Source: an uncultured virus (IMG/VR IMGVR_UViG_3300020057_000339)
Taxonomy: Duplodnaviria; Heunggongvirae; Uroviricota; Caudoviricetes
Length of the DNA stretch: 56,776 nt
Direction: 5' to 3' (one strand)
IMG/VR virus record: IMGVR_UViG_3300020057_000339
The notes beneath the pieces are model-generated. The model had not been told where the DNA came from. It saw only the letters and a program-made list of their open reading frames with translations, and did no database searches. Shown here in pieces: positions 56,425 through 56,776 of this stretch (positions are counted from its first letter, which is position 1; each line of letters begins with the position of its first letter). The translations under genes were made by a program, and so were the position numbers.

Positions 56425-56679
56425 TTACCATAGGCTACGCTTGAGTAGCTCGAATAGCTGGCCCTCGAACGTTCCTAGCCACGTTTCGCATTCGTGACGC
56501 ATATCGACCCATTCAGCAGGCTTGTCATGCTGCACGAGAAAGGCGGAAAATTCTTCCGCATCGTCAACTTCGTACGCCGTGTCGGTCAGGCACGTCACCG
56601 CCTCGAACCAGTAGGAAACTTTTTCCACTTCGACTTCGGCTCTAACTTGCAGGCCGTTCCAGACTATCATCGTTTGCAT
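56425..56679 (-). CDS. Hypothetical protein
   Basis: 84-aa ORF with upstream AAGG. Confidence 0.55.
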   Translation of the reverse strand: MQTMIVWNGLQVRAEVEVEKVSYWFEAVTCLTDTAYEVDDAEEFSAFLVQHDKPAEWVDMRHECETWLGTFEGQLFELLKRSLW

Positions 56680-56776
56680 GTTCTACGCCTTTTCCTTGCC
56701 AAGATTGAGGAGGCTTTCCAGCGAATCACCCGACACGATGCGACGCGGATTCTCGATAGCCTTCCGACGGATATTG

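Noticed and set aside
1..56776. tRNA, rRNA or integrase genes
   Set aside because: I recognised no cloverleaf, rRNA or recombinase motifs by eye; a tRNAscan/Infernal run would be needed to exclude them formally.

Overview
This window is a 56.8-kb piece of a large, probably uncultured, tailed dsDNA phage using the standard genetic code. The host is likely diderm, because the phage carries an outer-membrane beta-barrel and lipoprotein genes. A ~49-kb minus-strand block reads right to left: sigma-like factor, putative TerS, two glycosyltransferases, GroES, ERCC4 nuclease, TerL, portal, protease/scaffold, decoration and major capsid proteins, neck, tail tube, chaperones, tape measure, baseplate/LamG-PKD/fibre proteins, then RecA, DnaB, primase and a RecB-like nuclease. 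A divergent plus-strand accessory block holds a metalloprotease lipoprotein, dCMP deaminase, porin-like protein, truncated release factor and C39 peptidase. Five signals stand out: (1) a prfB-type CUU-UGA +1 frameshift site at the start of an RF1-type (PxT) phage release factor; (2) strong Ser-Gly enrichment in outer virion proteins but not the tape measure, alongside two glycosyltransferases in the packaging operon, suggesting virion glycosylation; (3) a 208-bp, 96% identical inverted duplication of the divergent control region 32 kb away; (4) a recurrent TTAGTGTAnT late-promoter motif paired with a compact sigma factor carrying a Cys cluster; (5) a G-U-rich multi-hairpin RNA after the tail tube gene. 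Gene calls come from motif recognition and synteny only, all counts are manual, and no database searches were run.
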